Origin: Malacoraja senta
Lineage: Eukaryota
Direction of reading: 5' to 3'
DNA: 64,000 nucleotides
NCBI GenBank assembly: GCA_038087875.1
Contig: CM075998.1
Coordinates: 7,070,001 to 7,134,000 of the forward strand
Both the position numbers and the translations under genes were made by a program. Shown here one piece after another: positions 61,638 to 64,000 of this stretch. Position 1 is the stretch's first letter. Every line of letters starts with the position of its first letter. The notes beneath the pieces were generated by a model. It ran no database searches. It was given only the letters and a program-made list of their open reading frames with translations, and was not told the DNA's origin.

Positions 61638-61795
61638 ATGGTGTGATAGGTGAGACACGCCGGTGGTCCCAGCACCGACTCCCTGAGGCACCGCTCACAA
61701 CTCCCACCCTCACCTCCGGCGGCTCTGTGTCTGTCGGCCGCTCTGTCCATATCCCATGGAGTTTTAACCCCGGGCCGGAGCCAGGAGCGGACCGG
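61638..61795 (+). CDS. Candidate internal coding exon of an unidentified host gene
   Basis: ttcccgtgCAG acceptor, strong CGG|GTGAGT donor, open frame compatible with the 60533-60608 exon. Confidence 0.4.
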
Positions 61796-61870
61796 GTGAG
61801 TGGGGGCGTCGGTGCCACCTCCAGAGCCGCGGGGATGAATCTCAAGCTGTAGCTCCGCTCTGATGCCCTA

Positions 61871-62071
61871 CCCCCGGGTCACTGGCCCTCACCTCCCCCG
61901 GACCCCCGGGTCACTGGCCCTCACTTCCCCCGGGTCATTGGCCCTCACCTCCCCCGGGTCACTGGCCCTCACCTCGCCCGGGTCACTGACCCTCACCTCC
62001 CCCGGACCCCGGGTCACTGGCCCTCACCTCCCCGGACCCCCGGGTCACTGACCCTCACCTCCCCCGGACCC
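61871..62071. repeat. GC-rich minisatellite, unit about 21-28 bp (ccccgggtcactggccctcacct)
   Basis: About 8 tandem copies visible. Confidence 0.9.
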
Positions 62072-62072
62072 A

Positions 62073-62224
62073 CATGCCACAGTTGGGAAAAGGGGAAGTA
62101 CAACGGGATCTGGGGGTCCTTGTTCATCAGTCTATGAAAGTAAGCATGCAAGTACAGCAGGCAGTGAAGAAAGCGAATGGCATGTTGGCCTTCATAACAA
62201 GAGGAGTTGAGTATAGGAGCAAAG
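62073..62224 (+). mobile_element. CR1 ORF2 internal fragment
   Basis: GEVQRDLGVLVHQSMKVSMQVQQAVKKANGML. Confidence 0.85.
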
Positions 62225-62825
62225 CAGGGACGTGCAGTCAGGGGAGGCAGGGGAGGCAGAGCCTCACCTGTCATACTCCCAATGAATATAGCTGTTAAGA
62301 AAAGTCAAGACAAGTAATAATAAAATAAAATAAATATAGAGATTTTTCCACTGATCTGTTATAAATGTCATTTCTATATGAATCTAATCTTTTATTTTGT
62401 TCAAATTCGCAAAATTTTCGCAGCTCCGCCGCAAATACAGGGAGAGATGAGACATGAGGCAGCGACGAGCTGAGCCTCCCCTCTGATTGTGCAACCCCTC
62501 AGAAACTGCATGGAGTGCGGAAATAAGCGTATGCCTGTTACTATCTCTCTGTATGTCACCAATGTAATGTGTGTAAACCCCTTCATTACATGTCCTCACC
62601 TTCCATAGTCCAGGCAACTTATTTCACATGGAAAATATATTACACTTGTGCTCGCTGGTCTCATCATAAAACTGCAATGAAAAAGCACCAAGGGAGGCAG
62701 CGATCACATCTGCCTCACAAGGGGGCGTGTCTTGAGCCCAGTGGAGGAAGAGTGAGCGTTTAGTGGATGAAGAGACGACGATCGGTTTTCTTGAACAATA
62801 TTTATTACGGGTCACGTCTGCGCGG
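62225..62825 (+). mobile_element. Probable hAT DNA transposon left end
   Basis: CAGGGACGTGCAGTCAGGGGAGGCAG terminus with repeated gaggca/gcctc subterminal motifs; begins where CR1 homology stops. Confidence 0.5.
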
Positions 62826-64000
62826 CTTTCCCCCAGAAACCGAGGTACGGAAACGCACCGGTAGCCGAACCGTACGACCTGAACGCGTAGTCCTCAAACG
62901 GGGAACGGGCGTAACAGCAGGGACCGGCAAAACAGAACCGGGGGGACGTGAAAACCGTGAACGAGGGGCGGGCGTAACAACGGGGACTGGTGAAACAAAA
63001 CCGGGAACAACAGGGGCAGAAGACGACAGAACGGCCGGTGGACGGCCCCTATGCCGCGGAGTGGCCACCGTCACCGGGCTGTCCTCGTCCACGTGTGCTG
63101 GCTTAAGGCGACTGATGGAGACAAACTCCTCCCTGCCACCTACGTTCAACGTGAATGTTGAGGTACCAGTCCTCAGCACCTTGAACGGCCCATCGTAAAC
63201 CCGCTGTAACGGCGAACGGTGAGCGTCCCTACGAATGAAAACATAAGCACGATCCTGTAATGACACCGGTATATGCACCGAAGCCGACCCATGTCTGGAG
63301 GTGGGAACCGGGACTAACGCGCGCACCCGCATGCGAAGGTCGGCCAGTACCGCCGAAACTGGAACCTCCAGATCTCGGTTGGCTGGTAGAAAATCCCCAG
63401 GTACCCGCAAAGTCGAGCCATAGACGAGCTCGGCCGAGGAGGCGTCCAGGTCCTCCTTAGGTGTGATTCTGATGCCTAGAAGGACCCAGGGCAACAGGTC
63501 AACCCAATCGGGGCTGGTGAGCCGAGCCTTCAACGCTGACTTAAGGTTCCTGTGGAAACGCTCAACTAAACCATTCGCCTCCGGATGATAAGCGGATGTC
63601 TGATGTAGACGGGCGCCATATAGCTGCGCCAAACCGCACCACAGGGACGAGGTAAACTGAGCCCCACGGTCGGTGGTGATGTCGGACGGGACCCCGAGAC
63701 GAGCGATCCAGTGAGAAACGATGGCCCGGGCGCAAGCCTCAGCGGAGGTATCTGACAACGGGATTGCCTCCGCCCACCTGGTAAACCTATCCATTATAGT
63801 AAGCAGGTGCGTGGCCCCGCGTGAACATGGTAATAGTCCGACCAGGTCAACATGGATATGCAGAAACCGTCAGGCACAGCGAAATCCTGGATTGGCGGCC
63901 GCACATGTCGCTGTGCCTTGGAAGTCTGACATGGGATACAGCACGGGCCCTGCTTCCGTAACCCGTACCAGACAAACCAGGACGCTACCAGGGCGGAAGT
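62805..64000 (-). mobile_element. Ty3/Gypsy LTR retrotransposon integrase region (continues beyond window)
   Basis: 329-aa ORF: DRFTRWAEAIP, ITTDRGAQFTS, AYHPEANGLVERFHR, YDGPFKV, VSISRLKPAH; upstream CxxC near 63930-63945; PPT-like tctggggg near 62830. Confidence 0.92.

Noticed and set aside
61871..62071. Short direct repeats as CRISPR
   Set aside because: No unique spacers; ordinary minisatellite.

Overview
Eukaryotic, repeat-saturated vertebrate DNA, most likely from a cartilaginous fish (skate, ray or shark). The inference rests on HE1-like V-SINEs and HER1-like CR1 LINEs that share a 3' tail. Nearly all of the window is nested, mostly decayed transposable elements: many CR1/HER1 LINE copies (one full-length), three L1 insertions, Rex1/Babar LINEs, a BEL/Pao LTR element, a DIRS-type tyrosine-recombinase element, a Gypsy integrase, a Penelope element with hammerhead-ribozyme-bearing relatives, hAT ends, SINEs and microsatellites. 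There is a 200-bp N gap. The most unusual structure is a stack of at least five non-autonomous Helitron-like units at 30.8-38.5 kb, with a sixth unit at 11-12.3 kb. Their junctions suggest repeated insertion into their own 5' TCTA^T end, leaving (TCTA)n stubs. No recognisable host gene is present. Two phase-compatible candidate exons at 60.5 and 61.7 kb may be the start of one. All calls come from reading the sequence by eye; no database search was run.
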